NCBI RefSeq assembly: GCF_963921235.1
Contig: NC_086108.1
Location: forward strand, 43,030,001 to 43,094,000
Origin: Mobula hypostoma
Taxonomy: Eukaryota
DNA: 64,000 nt
Direction: 5' to 3'
In this document: positions 52,507-64,000 of the stretch, one piece after another
Layout: each line of letters opens with the position of its first letter
Numbering within the stretch: position 1 is the first letter of the stretch
The notes under the pieces: generated by a model
Told to the model about the DNA's origin: nothing
The model's database searches: none
The model's input: the letters and a program-made list of their open reading frames with translations, nothing else
Position numbers and translations under genes: made by a program

Positions 52507-53026
52507 TGTCATAGTCCGGTCCGTGAAGTCCACATTCTGGTTCACGGTCCGGTCCATCGACCCTTGCTCCAGGTTTTCCTTTCTACCCTGTTTCTGTCCT
52601 TGTTGAGCTAATTGAGTCAGCTGATGCTAACTGGGGCTGGCTGCATAAATACCTCCAGAGACCAGGGTGTGGTTCCTGGTTTGTTCTTGTTCTTACTCCT
52701 TGTATCCCTTCCCCTGCCTTCTGTTTCCTCACCTGAAGCCTTGCCTTGTCCTGCCAGTAGCCCTGCCTCACCTGAAGTTATTGCCTTGCCTAGCTTCGCC
52801 AGTAGCCTTGCCTTGTCTTGCTGTCTGGTCCTGGAGCCACCCTGTCCCTAGCTTCTTTCCTGTCCCTTGCCTCCGCCCAGGTAAGGCAGGCCGTCTTGCC
52901 GTTACCTGGGGTTGGTTCTGTCCCTTGCCTCCGCCCAGGAAAACCAGGCTGTTTTGCGATTACCTGAGGTTGGTTCTGTCCCTTGCCTCTATCGGGTGGT
53001 GATCCGCGCACTGCCCAGGAGGAGCC
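52507..53026 (+). mobile_element. LTR-like sequence (Gypsy-type start), other end not in window
   Basis: Starts TGTCA exactly where the Penelope inverted repeat stops; TATA-like CATAAATA near 52644; internal ~58-bp repeats; no closing TGACA seen. Confidence 0.55.
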
Positions 53027-56000
53027 TGCCTCCAGTCTCCAGCCTCACCTCGCCTCAAGTCTCCAGCCTCCAGCCTCGCCTCGCCTCAAGTCTCCAGTCT
53101 TGCCTCAAGCCTTGCATCAAGTCTCCAGCCTGCAGCCTCGCCTCGTCTCCAGCCTCGCCTCGCCTCGCCTCACGTCTCCAGCCTCGCCTCACGTCTCCAG
53201 CCTCGCCTCACGTCTCCAGCCTCGCCTTGCCTCAAGACTCCAGCCTGCAGCCCCGCCTCTAGTCTCCAGTCTCCAGCCTGCAGCCCTGCCTTAGTCTCGA
53301 CTCCAGTCTCCAGCCTCGCCTCGTCTCCAGCCTCGCCTCGCCTCGCCTCACGTCTCCAGCCTCGCCTCACGTCTCCAGCCTCGCCTCACCTCACGTCTCC
53401 AGCCTGCAGCCCCGCCTCTAGTCTCCAGTCTCCAGCCTGCAGCCCTGCCTTAGTCTCGACTCCAGTCTCCAGCCTGCAGCCTCATCTCTAGTCTCCAGCC
53501 TTGCCTCGCCTTGTCTCCAGCCTCGCCTCGCCTCTAGTCTCCAGCCTCGCCTCACCTCTAGTCTCCAGCCTGCAGCCTCGCCTCTAGTCTACAGTCTCGC
53601 CTCGCCTCACCTCAAGTCTCCAGTCTCGCCTTTAGTCTCCAGTCTCCAGCCTACAGCCTCGCCTCTAATCTCCAGTCTCGCCTCGCCTCAAGTCGCCAGC
53701 CTCGCCTCGCCTCACCTCAAGTCTCCAGCCTCGCCTCGCCTCTAGTCTCCAGCCTCGCCTTGCCTTTAGTCTCCAGTCTCGCCTCAAGTCTCAAGTCTCC
53801 AGCCTGCAGCCCTGCCTCTAGTCTCAAGTCTCCAGTATCCAGCCTGCAGCGTCGCCACTAGTCTCCAGCCACGCCTCGCCTCAAGTCTCCAGACTCGCCT
53901 CGCCTAGCCTCCAGCCTTGCCTCGCCTCGTCTCCAGCCTCGCCTCACCTCACCTCAGGTCTCCAGCCTCGCCTCAAGTCTCCAACTTCGCCTCGCCTAGC
54001 ATCAAGTCTCCAGCCTCACCTCACCTGGCCTCAAGTCTCCAGCCTCGCCGCCTCGCCTCAAGTCTCCAGCCTCGCCTCGCCTCGCCTCAAGTCTCCAGCC
54101 TCGCCTCGACTTGTCTCCAGCCTCGCCTCGCCTCAAGTCTGCAGCCTCGCCTCGCCTCAAGTCTCCAGGCTCCAGCCTGCAGCCTCACCTCTCGTCTCCA
54201 GCCTCGCGTCGCCTCAAGTCTCCAGCCTCGCCTCGCTTCAAGTCTCCAGACTCGCCTCGCCTTGTCTCCAGCCTCGCCTCGCCTCGAGTCTCCAGCCTCG
54301 CCTCGCCTCTAGTCTCCAGCCTCGCCTCGTCTCCAGCCACGGCTCGCCTCTAGTCTCCAGCCTCACCTCGCCTCGCCTCTAGTCTCCAGCCTCGCCTCCA
54401 GTCTCCAGCCTCGCCTCGCCGCAAGTCTCCAGCCTCGCCTCGCCTCAAGTCTCCAGCCTCACCTCGCCTCTAGTCTCCAGCCTGCAGCCTCGCCTCTAGT
54501 CTCAAGCCTCGCCTCAAGTCTCCAGCCTCGCCTCACCTTTAGTCTCCAGTATCCAGCCTTGCCTCGCCTCTAGTCTCCAGCCTTGCCTCGCCTCGTCTCT
54601 AGTCTCCAGCATCACCTCGCCTCGCCTCTAGTCTCCAGCCTCACCTCGCCTCAAGTCTCCAGCCTCGCCTCGCCTCAAGTCTCCAGCCTCACCTCGCCTC
54701 GCCTCTAGTCTCCAGCCTTGCCTTGCCTCAAGTCTCCAGCCTCACCTCGCCTCGCCTCTAGTCTCCAGCTTCGCCTCGCCTCAAGTCTCCAGCCTCACCT
54801 CGCCTGAAGTCTCCAGCCTCGCCTCGCCTCGCCTCAAGTCTCCAGCCTTGCCTCAAGTCTCCAGCCTCGCCTCGCATAGCCTCAAGTCTCCAGCCTCGCC
54901 TCGCCTCATCTTCAGCCTCGCCTCGCTTTTAGTCACCAGACTCCAGCCTGCAGCGTCGCCTCTAGTCTCCAGTCTCCAGCCTGCAGCCTCGCCTCTAGTC
55001 TGCAGCCTCGCCTCGCCTCAAGTCTCCAGCCTCGTCTCGCCTCAAGTCTCCAGCCTCGTCTCGCCTCAAGTCTCCAGCCTCGTCTCTAGCCTCGCCTCGC
55101 CTCTAGTCTCCAGCCTCGCCTCGCCTCGCCTCTAGTCTCCAGCCTGCAGCCCCACCTCTAGTCTCCAGTCTCCAGCCTGCAGCCCTGCCTTAGTCTCGTC
55201 TCCAGTCTCTAGCCTGCAGCCTCATCTCTAGTCTCCAGCCGCCTCGCCTCGTCTCCAGCCTCGCCTCGCCTCTAGTCTCCAGCCTGCAGCCTCGCCTCTA
55301 GTCTCCAGCCTGCAGCCTCGCCTCTAGTCTCCAGTCTCCAGCCCCGCCTTTAGTCTCCAGTCTCCAGCCTACAGCCTCGCCTCTAATCTCCAGTCTCGCC
55401 TCGCCTTGCCTCAAGTCGCCAGCCTCGCCTCGCCTCACCTCAAGACTCCAGCCTCGCCTCGCCTCTATTCTCCAGCCTCGCCTCTAGTCTCCAGCCTCGC
55501 CTTGCCTTTAGTCTCCAGTCTCCAGCCTCGCCTCAAGTCTCAAGTCTCCAGCCTGCAGCCCTGCCTCTAGTCTCAAGTCTCCAGTATCCAGCCTGCAGCG
55601 TCGCCACTAGTCTCCAGCCACGCCTCGCCTCTAGTCTCCAGCCTCGCCTCTAGTCTCCAGCCACGCCTCGCCTCAAGTCTCCAGCCTCGCCTCGCCTAGC
55701 CTCCAGCCTCGCCTCACCTCAGGTCTCCAGCCTCGCCTCAAGTCTCCAACCTCACCTCGCATCAAGTCTCCAGCCACGCCTCGCCTCAAGTCTCCAGCCT
55801 CGCCTCGCCTCTAGTCTCCAGCCTGCAGCCTCGCCTCTAGTCTCAAGCCTCGCCTCGCCTCAAGTCTCCAGCCTCGCCTCACCTCGCCTCTAGTCTCCAG
55901 CCTCGCCTCACCTTTAGTCTCCAGTATCCAGCCTTGCCTCGCCTCTAGTCTCCAGCCTTGCCTCGCCTCGTCTCTAGTCTCCAGCATCACCTTGCCTCGC

Positions 56001-59000
56001 CTCTAGTCTCCAGCCTCGCCTCGCCTCAAGTCTCCAGCCTCACCTCGCCTCGCCTCTAGTCTCCAGCCTTGCCTTGCCTCAAGTCTCCAGCCTCACCTCG
56101 CCTCTAGTCTCCAGCTTCGCCTCGCCTCAAGTCTCCAGCCTCACCTCGCCTGAAGTCTCCAGCCTCGCCTCGCCTCAAGTCTCCAGCCTTGCCTCAAGTC
56201 TCCAGCCTCGCCTCGCATAGCCTCAAGTCTCCAGCCTCGCCTCGCCTCATCTTCAGCCTTGCCTCGCTTTTAGTCACCAGACTCCAGCCTGCAGCGTCGC
56301 CTCTAGTCTCCAGTCTCCAGCCTGCAGCCTCGCCTCGCCTCAAGTCTCCAGCCTCGTCTCGCCTCAAGTCTCCAGCCTCGTCTCGCCTCAAGTCTCTAGC
56401 CTCGCCTCACCTCTAGTCTCCAGCCTCGCCTCGCCTCTAGTCTCCAGCCTCGCCTCACCTCGCCTCTAGTCTCCAGCCTGCAGCCCCACCTCTAGTCTCC
56501 AGTCTCCAGCCTGCAGCCCTGCCTTAGTCTCGTCTCCAGTCTCCAGCCTGCAGCCTCATCTCTAGTCTCCAGCCGCCTCGCCTCGTCTCCAGCCTCGCCT
56601 CACCTCTAGTCTCCAGCCTGCAGCCTCGCCTCTAGTCTCCAGCCTGCAGCCTCGCCACTAGTCTCCAGTCTCCAGCCCCGCCTTTAGTCTCCAGTCTCCA
56701 GCCTACAGCCTCGCCTCTAATCTCCAGTCTCGCCTCGCCTCAAGTCGCCAGCCTCGCCTCACCTCCAAGACTCCAGCCTCGCCTCGCCTCTATTCTCCAG
56801 CCTCGCCTCTAGTCTCCAACCTCGCCTTGCCTTTAGTCTCCAGTCTCCAGCCTCGCCTCAAGTCTCAAGTCTCCAGCCTGCAGCCCTGCCTCTAGTCTCA
56901 AGTCTCCAGTATCCAGCCTGCAGCATCGCCGCTAGACTCCAGCCATGCCTCGCCTCAAGTCTCCAGCCTCGCCTCGCCTCAAGTCTCCAGCCTCGCCTCG
57001 CCTCAAGTCTCCAGCCTCGCCTCGCCTCAAGTCTCCAGCCTCGCCTCGCCTCGCCTCGTCTCCAGACTTGCCTTGCCTTGTCTCCAGCGTCGCCTCGCCT
57101 CAAGTCTCCAACCTCACCTCGCCTCGCATCAAGTCTCCAGCCACGCCTCGCCTCAAGTCTCCAGCCTCGCCTCGCCTCGCCTCCAGCCTCGCCTCCAGCC
57201 TCGCCTCAGGTCTCCAGCCTCGCCTCAAGTCTCCAACCTCACCTCGCCTCGCCTCAAGTCTCCAGCCTCACCTCGCCTCAAGTCTCCAGCCTCGCCTTGC
57301 CTTGCCTCGAGTCTCCAGCCTCGCCTCAACTAGTCTCCAGCCTCGCCTCGCCTCAAGTCTCCAGCCTCGCCTCGCCTTGCCTCAAGTCTCCAGCCTCGAC
57401 TCTAGTCTCCAGCCTGCAGCCTGGACTCTAGTCTCCAGCCTCGCCTCGCCTCGCCTCGTCTCCAGCCTCGCCTCGCCTCAAGTCTCCAGCCTCGCCTCGC
57501 CTCAAGTCTCCAACCTCACCTCGCCTCGCCTCAAGTCTCCAGCCTCGCCTTGCCTCGCCTCAAGTCTCCAGCCTCACCTCAACTAGTCTCCAGCCTCGCC
57601 TCGCCTCAAGTCTCCAGCCTCGCCTCGCCTTGCCTCAAGTCTCCAGCCTCAATTCTAGTCTCTAGCCTGCAGCCTGGACTCTAGTCTCCAGCCTCGCCTC
57701 GCCTCAAGTCTCCAGCCTCGCCTCGCCTCATCTTCAGCTTCGCCTCGCTTTTAGTCACCAGTCTCCAGCCTGCAGCCTCGCCTCTAGTCTCAAGTCTCCA
57801 GCCTCGCCTCGCCTCAAGTCTCCAGCCTCGCCTTGCCTCGCCTCAAGTCTCCAGCCTCGCCTCGCCTCATCTTCAGCTTCGCCTCGCTTTTAGTCACCAG
57901 TCTCCAGCCTGCAGCGTCGCCTCTAGTCTCCAGCCTCTCCAGCCTCGCCTCTAGTCTCCAGCCTCGCCTCGCCTCAGTCTCTAGCCTCGCCTCGCCTCAC
58001 CTCAAGTCTCAGCCTCGCCTCACCTCAGGTCTCCAGCCTCACCTCGCCTGAAGTCTCCAGCCTCGCCTCGCCTCTAGTCTCCAGCCTGCAGCCTGCATCC
58101 TCGCCTCTGGTCTCAAGTCTCCAGCCTGCAGCCTCGCCTTTAGTCTCCAGCCTCTCCTCACCTCGCCTGTAGTCTCCAGCCTCGCCTTGCCTCGCCTCAA
58201 GTCTCCAGCCTCGCCTCGCATCGCCTCAAGTCTCCAGCCTCGCCTCGCCTCATCTTCAGCCTCGCCTCGCTTTTAGTCACCAGTCTCCAGCCTGCAGCCT
58301 CGCCTCTAGTCTCCAGTCTCCAGCCTGCAGCCTCGCCTCTAGTCTCAAGTCTCCAGCCTGCAGCCTCGCCTCGCCTCTAGTCTCCAGCCTTGCCTCGCCT
58401 CGCCTCTAGTCTCCAGCCCAGCCCCACCTCTAGTCTCCAGTCTCCAGCCTGCAGCCCTGCCTTAGTCTCGTCTCCAGTCTCCAGCCTGCAGCCTCATCTC
58501 TAGTCTCCAGCCTCGCCTCGCCTCGTCTCCAGCCTCGCCTCGCCTCCAGCCTCCAGCCTCGCCTCGCCTCTAGTCTCCAGCCTCGCCTCGCCTCTAGTCT
58601 CCAGCCTCGCCTCGCCTCTAGTCTCCAGCCTGCAGCCTCGCCTCTAGTCTCCAGCCTCCAGCCTCGCCTTTAGTCTCCAGTCTCCAGCCTACAGCCTCGC
58701 CTCTAATCTCCAGTCTCGCCTCGCCTCGCATCAAGTCGCCAGCCTTGCCTCGCCTCACCTCAAGACTCCAGCCTCGCCTCGCCTCTATTCTCCAGCCTCC
58801 ATCGCCTCTAGTCTCCAGCCTCGCCTTGCCTTTCGTCTCCAGTCTCCAGCCTCGCCTCAAGCCTCAAGTCTCCAGCCTGCAGCCCTGCCTCTAGTCTCAA
58901 GTCTCCAGTATCCAGCCTGCAGCGTCGCCACTAGTCTCCAGCCTCGCCTCGTCTCAAGTTTCCAGCCTCGCCTCGACTCTAGTCTCCAGCCACGCCTCGC

Positions 59001-62000
59001 CTCAAGTCTCCAGCCTCGCCTCGCCTAGCCTCCAGCCTCGCCTCGCCTCGTCTCCAGCCTCGCCTCACCTCAAGTCTCCAACCTCGCCTCGCCTCGCATC
59101 GTCTCCAGCCTCGCCTCGCCTCAAGTCTCCAGCCTCACCTCACCTTTAGTCTCCAGTCTCCAGCCTCGCCTCGCCTCTAGTCTCCAGCATCGCCTCGCCT
59201 CGCCTCAAGTCTCCAGCCTCGCCTGAAGTCTCCAGCCTCGCCTCGACTAGTCTCCAGCCTCGCCTCGCCTTGCCTCAAGTCTCCAGTCTCCAGTCTCCAG
59301 CCCCGCCTTTAGTCTCCAGCCTACAGCCTCGCCTCTAATCTCCAGTCTCGCCTCGCCTCAAGTCTCCAGCCTCGCCTCGCCTCGCCTCAAGTCTCCAGCC
59401 TCGCCTCGCCTCAATTCTGCAGCCTCGCCTCGTCTCAAGTCTCCAGCCTCGCCTCGACTTGTCTCCAGCCTCGCCTTGCCTTTAGTCTCCAGTCTCCAGC
59501 CTCGCCTCAAGTCTCAAGTCTCCAGCCTGCAGCCCTGCCTCTAGTCTCAAGTCTCCAGTATCCAGCCTGCAGTGTCGCCACTAGTCTCCAGCCTCGCCTC
59601 GCCTCTAGCCTCCAGCCACGACTCGCCTCAAGTCTCCAGCCTCGACTCGCCTCTAGTCTCCAGCCTCGCCTCAAGTCTCCAACCTCGCCTCGCCTCGTCT
59701 CCAGCCTCTCCTCGCCTCGCCTCAAGTCTCCAGCCTCGCCTCGACTCGCCTCAAGTCTCCAGCCTCGCCTCGCCTAGTCTCCAGCCTCGCCTCGCCTCAA
59801 GTCTCCAGCCTCGCCTCGCCTTGCCTCAAGTCTCCAGTCTCCAGCCTCGACTCTAGTCTCCAGCCTGCAGCCTCGCCTCTAGTCTCCAGCCTCCAGCCTC
59901 GCCTCAAGTCTCCAGCCTCGCCTCGACTCGCCTCGTCTCCAGCCTCGCCTCGCCTCAAGTCTCCAGCCTCGCCTCGCCTTGCCTCAAGTCTCCAGTCTCC
60001 AGCCTCGACTCTAGTCTCCAGCCTGCAGCCTCGCCTCTAGTCTCCAGTCTCCAGCCCCGCCTTTAGTCTCCAGTCTCCAGCCTACAGCCTCGCCTCTAAT
60101 CTCCAGTCTCGCCTCGCCTTGCCTCAAGTCGCCAGCCTCGCCTCAGCTCACCTCAAGACTCCAGCCTCGCCTCGCCTCTATTCTCCAGCCTCGCCTCTAG
60201 ACTCCAGCCTCGCCTTGCCTTTAGTCTCCAGTCTCCAGCCTCGTCTCAAGTCTCGTCTCCAGCCTGCAGCCCTGCCTCTAGTCTCAAGTCTCCAGTATCC
60301 AGCCTGCAGCGTCGCCACTAGTCTCCAGCCACGCCTCGCCTCTAGTCTCCAGCCTGCAGCGTCGCCACTAGTCTCCAGTCTCGCCTCGCCTCGAGTCTCC
60401 AGCCTGCAGCGTCGCCACTAGTCTCCAGTCTCGCCTCGCCTCTAGTCTCCAGCCTCACCTCGCCTCTAGTCTCCAGCCTCGCCTCAAGTCTCCAGCCTCG
60501 CCTCGCCTCGCCTCAAGTCTCCAGCCTTGCCTCGCCGCAAGTCTCCAGCCTCGCCTCACCTTTAGTCTCCAGTCTCCAGCCTTGCCTCGCCTCTAGTCTC
60601 CAGCATCGCCTCGCCTCGCCTCTAGTCTCCAGCCTCACCTCGCCTCTAGTCTCCAGCCTCGCCTCGCCTCAAGTCTCCAGCATCGCCTCGCCTCAAGTCT
60701 CCAGCCTCGCATCGCCTCTGGTCTCCAGCCTCACCTCGCCTCGCCTCTAGTCTCCAGCCTTGCCTCGCCTCAAGTTTCCAGCCTCGCCTCGCCTCGCCTC
60801 AAGTCTCCAGCCTCGCCTCAAGTCTCCAGCCTCGCCTCAGTCTCCAGCCTCGCCTCAAGTCTCCAGCCTCGCCTCGCCTCATCTTCAGCTTCGCCTCGCT
60901 TTTAGTCACCAGTCTCCAGCCTGCAGCCTCGCCTCTAGTCTCAAGTCTCCAGCCTGCAGCGTCGCCTCTAGTCTCCAGTCTCCAGCCTGCAGCCTCGCCT
61001 CTAGTCTCCAGCCTCGCCTCGCCTCTAGTCTCCAGCCTCGCCTCGCCTCGCCTCTAGTCTCCAGCCTCGCCTCGCCTCTAGTCTCCAGCCACGCCTCGCC
61101 TCAAGTCTCCAGTCTCGCCTCGCCTAGCCTCCAGCCTCGCCTCGCCTCGTGTCCAGCCTCGCCTCGCCTCAAGTCTCCAACCTCGCCTCGCCTCGCATCA
61201 AGTCTCCAGCCTCGCCTCGCCTCAAGTCTCCAGCCTCGCCTCGCCTCGCCTCAAGTCTCCAGCCTCGCCTCGCCTCGCCTCAACTCTCCTGCCTCGCCTC
61301 GCCTCAACTCTCCTGCCTCGCCTCGCCTCAAGTCTCCAGCCTCGCCTCGCCTAGCCTCCAGCCTCGCCTTGCCTCGTGTCCAGCCTCGCCTCAAGTCTCC
61401 AACCTCGCCTCGCCTCAAGTCTCCAGCCTTGCCTTGCCTCAAGTCTCCAGACTCGCCTCGCCTCAAGTCTCCAGCCTCGCCTCGACTCGCCTCAAGTGTC
61501 CAGCCTCGCCTCGCCTCGCCTCAACTCTCCTGCCTCGCCTCAAGTCTCCAGCCACACCTCGCCTCTAGACTCCAGCCACGCCTCGCCTCTAGTCTCCAGC
61601 CTCGCCTCGCCTCTAGTCTCCAGCCACGCCTCGCCTCAAGTCTTCAGCCTCGCCTCACCTAGCCTCCAGCCTCGCCTCGTCTCCAGCCTCGCCTCGCCGC
61701 AAGTCTCCAACCTCGCCTCGCCTCAAGTCTCCAGTCTCACCTCGCCTCAAGTCTCCAGCCTCGCCTCACCTCAAGTCTCCAGCCTCGCCTCGACTTGCCT
61801 CAAGTCTCCAGCCTCGCCTCGCCTCGCCTCAACTCTCCTGCCTCGCCTCGCCTCAAGTCTCCAGCCTCGCCTTGCCTCGACTAGTCTCCAGCCTCGCCTC
61901 GCCTCAAGTCTCCAGCCTCGCCTTGCCTCAACTCTCCTGCCTCGACTCGCCTCAAGTCTCCAGCCTCGCCTCGACTCGCCTCAAGTCTCCAGCCTCGCCT

Positions 62001-64000
62001 CGACTAGTCTCCAGCCTCGCCTCGCCTCAAGTCTCCAGCCTCGCCTTGCCTCAAGTCTCCAGTCTCCAGCCTCGACTCTAGTCTCCAGCCTCGCCTTGCC
62101 TCAAGTCTCCAGCCTGCAGCCTCGACTCTAGTCTCCAGCCTGCAGCCTCGCCTCAAGTCTACACCCTCGCCTCGACTCGCCTCGTCTCCAGCCGCGCCTT
62201 GCCTCAAGTCTCCAGCCTCGCCTCAAGTCTCCAGCCTCGCCTCGCCTCAAGTCTCCAGCCTCGCCTCGCCTCTAGTCTCCAGCCTGCAACTTCGCCTCTA
62301 GTCTCGTCTCCTGCCTGCAGCCTCGCCTCTAGTCTCAAGTCTCCAGCCTGCAGTCTCGCCTTTAGTCTCCAGCCTCGCCTCGCCTCGCCTCTAGTCTCCA
62401 GCCTCGCCTCACCTCAAGTCTCCAGCCTCGCCTCGCTTCTAGTCACCAGTCTCCAGCCTGCAGCCTCGCCTCTAGTCTCCAGCCTCGCCTCGCCTCGCCT
62501 CGTCTCCAGCCTCACCTTGCCTCGCCTCAAGTCTCCAGCCTCGCCTCGCCTCAAGTCTCCAGCCTTGCCTCGCCTCATCTTCAGCTTCGCCTCGCTTTTA
62601 GTCACCAGTCTCCAGCCTGCAGCGTCGCCTCCAGTCTCCAGTCTCCAGGCTGCAGCCTCGCCTCTAGTCTCCAGCCTCGCCTCGCCTCAAGTCTCCAGCC
62701 TCGCCTCGCCTCTAGTCTCCAGCCTCGCCTCGCCTCTAGTCTCCAGCCTCGCCTCTAGGCTCCAGCCTCGCCTCGCCTCTAGGCTCCAGCCTCGCCTCGC
62801 CTCAAGTCTCCAGCCTCGCCTCGCCTCGCCTCAAGTCTCCAGCCTCGCCTCGCCTCAAGTCTCCAGCCTCGCCTCGCCTCTAGTCTCCAGCCTCGCCTCG
62901 CCTTTAGTCTCCAGTCTCCAACCTGCAGCCTTTCCTCTAGTCTCCAGTCTCCAGCCTGCAGCCTCGCTCCTAGTCTCTAGTCTCGTCTCCAGCCTGCAGC
63001 CTTGCCTCTAGTCTCTAGTCTCCAGTCTCCATCCTTGCCTCGCCTCGCCTCTAGTCTCCAGCCTCGCCTCAAGTCTCCAGCCTCGCCTCGCCTCTAGTCT
63101 CCATCCTTGCCTCGCCTCACCTCTAGTCTCCAGCCTCGCCTCTAGTCTCCAGCCTCGCCTAGTCTCCAGCCTCGCCTCGCCTCTAGTCTCCAGCCTTGCC
63201 TCGGCTCTAGTCTCCAGCCTGCAGCCTCGCCTCTAGTCTCCCGCCTCGCCTCGCCTCTAGTCTCCAGCCTCACCTCGCCTCACCTCTAGTCTCCAGCCTC
63301 GCCTCGCCTCTAGTCTCCAGCCTCACCTCGCCTCGCCTCTAGTCTCCAGCCTCGCCTCGCCTCTAGTCTCCAGCCTCGCCTCGCCTTTAGTCTGCAGTCT
63401 CCAGCCTCGCCTCAAGTCTCAAGTCTCCAGCCTGCAGCCCCGCCTCTAGTCTCTAGTCTCGTCTCCAGCCTGCAGCCTTGCCTCGAGTCTCAAGTCTCCA
63501 GCCTGCAGTCTCGCCTTTAGTCTCCAGCCTCGCCTCACCTCAAGTCTCCAGCCTCGCCTCAAGTCTCCAGCCTCGCCTCGCTTCTAGTCACCAGTCTCCA
63601 GCCTGCAGCCTCGCCTCTAGTCTCCAGCCTCGCCTCACCTCGCCTCAAGTCTCCAGCCTCGCCTCGCCTTTAGTCTGCAGTCTCCAGCCTCGCCTCAAGT
63701 CTCAAGTCTCCAGCCTGCAGCCCCGCCTCTAGTCTCTAGTCTCGTCTCCAGCCTGCAGCCCCGCCTCTAGTCTCTAGTCTCGTCTCCAGCCTCGCCTCGC
63801 CTCTAGTCTCCAGCCTCGCCTCTAGTCTCCAGCCTTGCCTCGCCTCTAGTCTCCAGCCTGCAGCCTCGCCTCTAGTCTCCAGCCTGCAGCCTCGCCTCTA
63901 GTCTCCAGCCTGTAGCCTCGCCTCTAGTCTCCAGCCTCGCCTCGCCTCTAGTCTCCAGCCTCGCCTCGCCTCTAGTCTCCAGCCTCGCCTCGCCTCAAGT
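53027..64000. repeat. C-rich modular satellite, >=11 kb, truncated by the window end
   Basis: Combinations of TCGCC, TC(A/T)AGTCTCCAGCC, AGTCTCC and TGCAGCC; commonest units are 19 and 24 bp. Confidence 0.98.

Noticed and set aside
52912..63732. Many Ser/Pro/Leu/Arg-rich ORFs (SPASPRLK, VSSLASPQ; up to 300 aa) resembling SPxx DNA-binding or mucin-like proteins
   Set aside because: They are translations of the satellite in all frames, mostly start at TTG/GTG, and are cut by TAG from TCTAG words; no frame is preserved because unit lengths are not multiples of 3.
53027..64000. CRISPR-like or telomeric array
   Set aside because: No unique spacers, no cas genes, eukaryotic context, and no TTAGGG units.

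Overview
Vertebrate genomic DNA, very likely an elasmobranch (ray/shark); this is inferred from the HE1/V-SINE-like, CR1, Rex1/Babar and Penelope repeat content. Bases 1-27.6 kb hold coding exons 2-12 of MFSD14A (HIAT1, MFS transporter) on the + strand. All 11 exons have GT-AG splice sites and compatible phases, giving 1389 nt up to the stop at 26242-26244; exon 1 lies upstream of the window. Introns and the downstream region are filled with decayed LINEs (Rex1/Babar, CR1, RTE), a CORE-type tRNA SINE with TSD, a solo LTR with TSD, and a Harbinger-derived element with TIRs and TAA TSD. Four Penelope-derived insertions are built as inverted dimers and carry minimal hammerhead-ribozyme motifs. 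From ~52.5 kb an LTR-like sequence begins right at the end of a GIY-YIG Penelope element and turns into a >=11 kb C-rich, CpG-rich modular satellite with higher-order repeats that runs off the window. Most ORFs in the supplied track are TE fragments or repeat artefacts. TE boundaries without a TSD are approximate, and family names come from motif recognition, not database searches.
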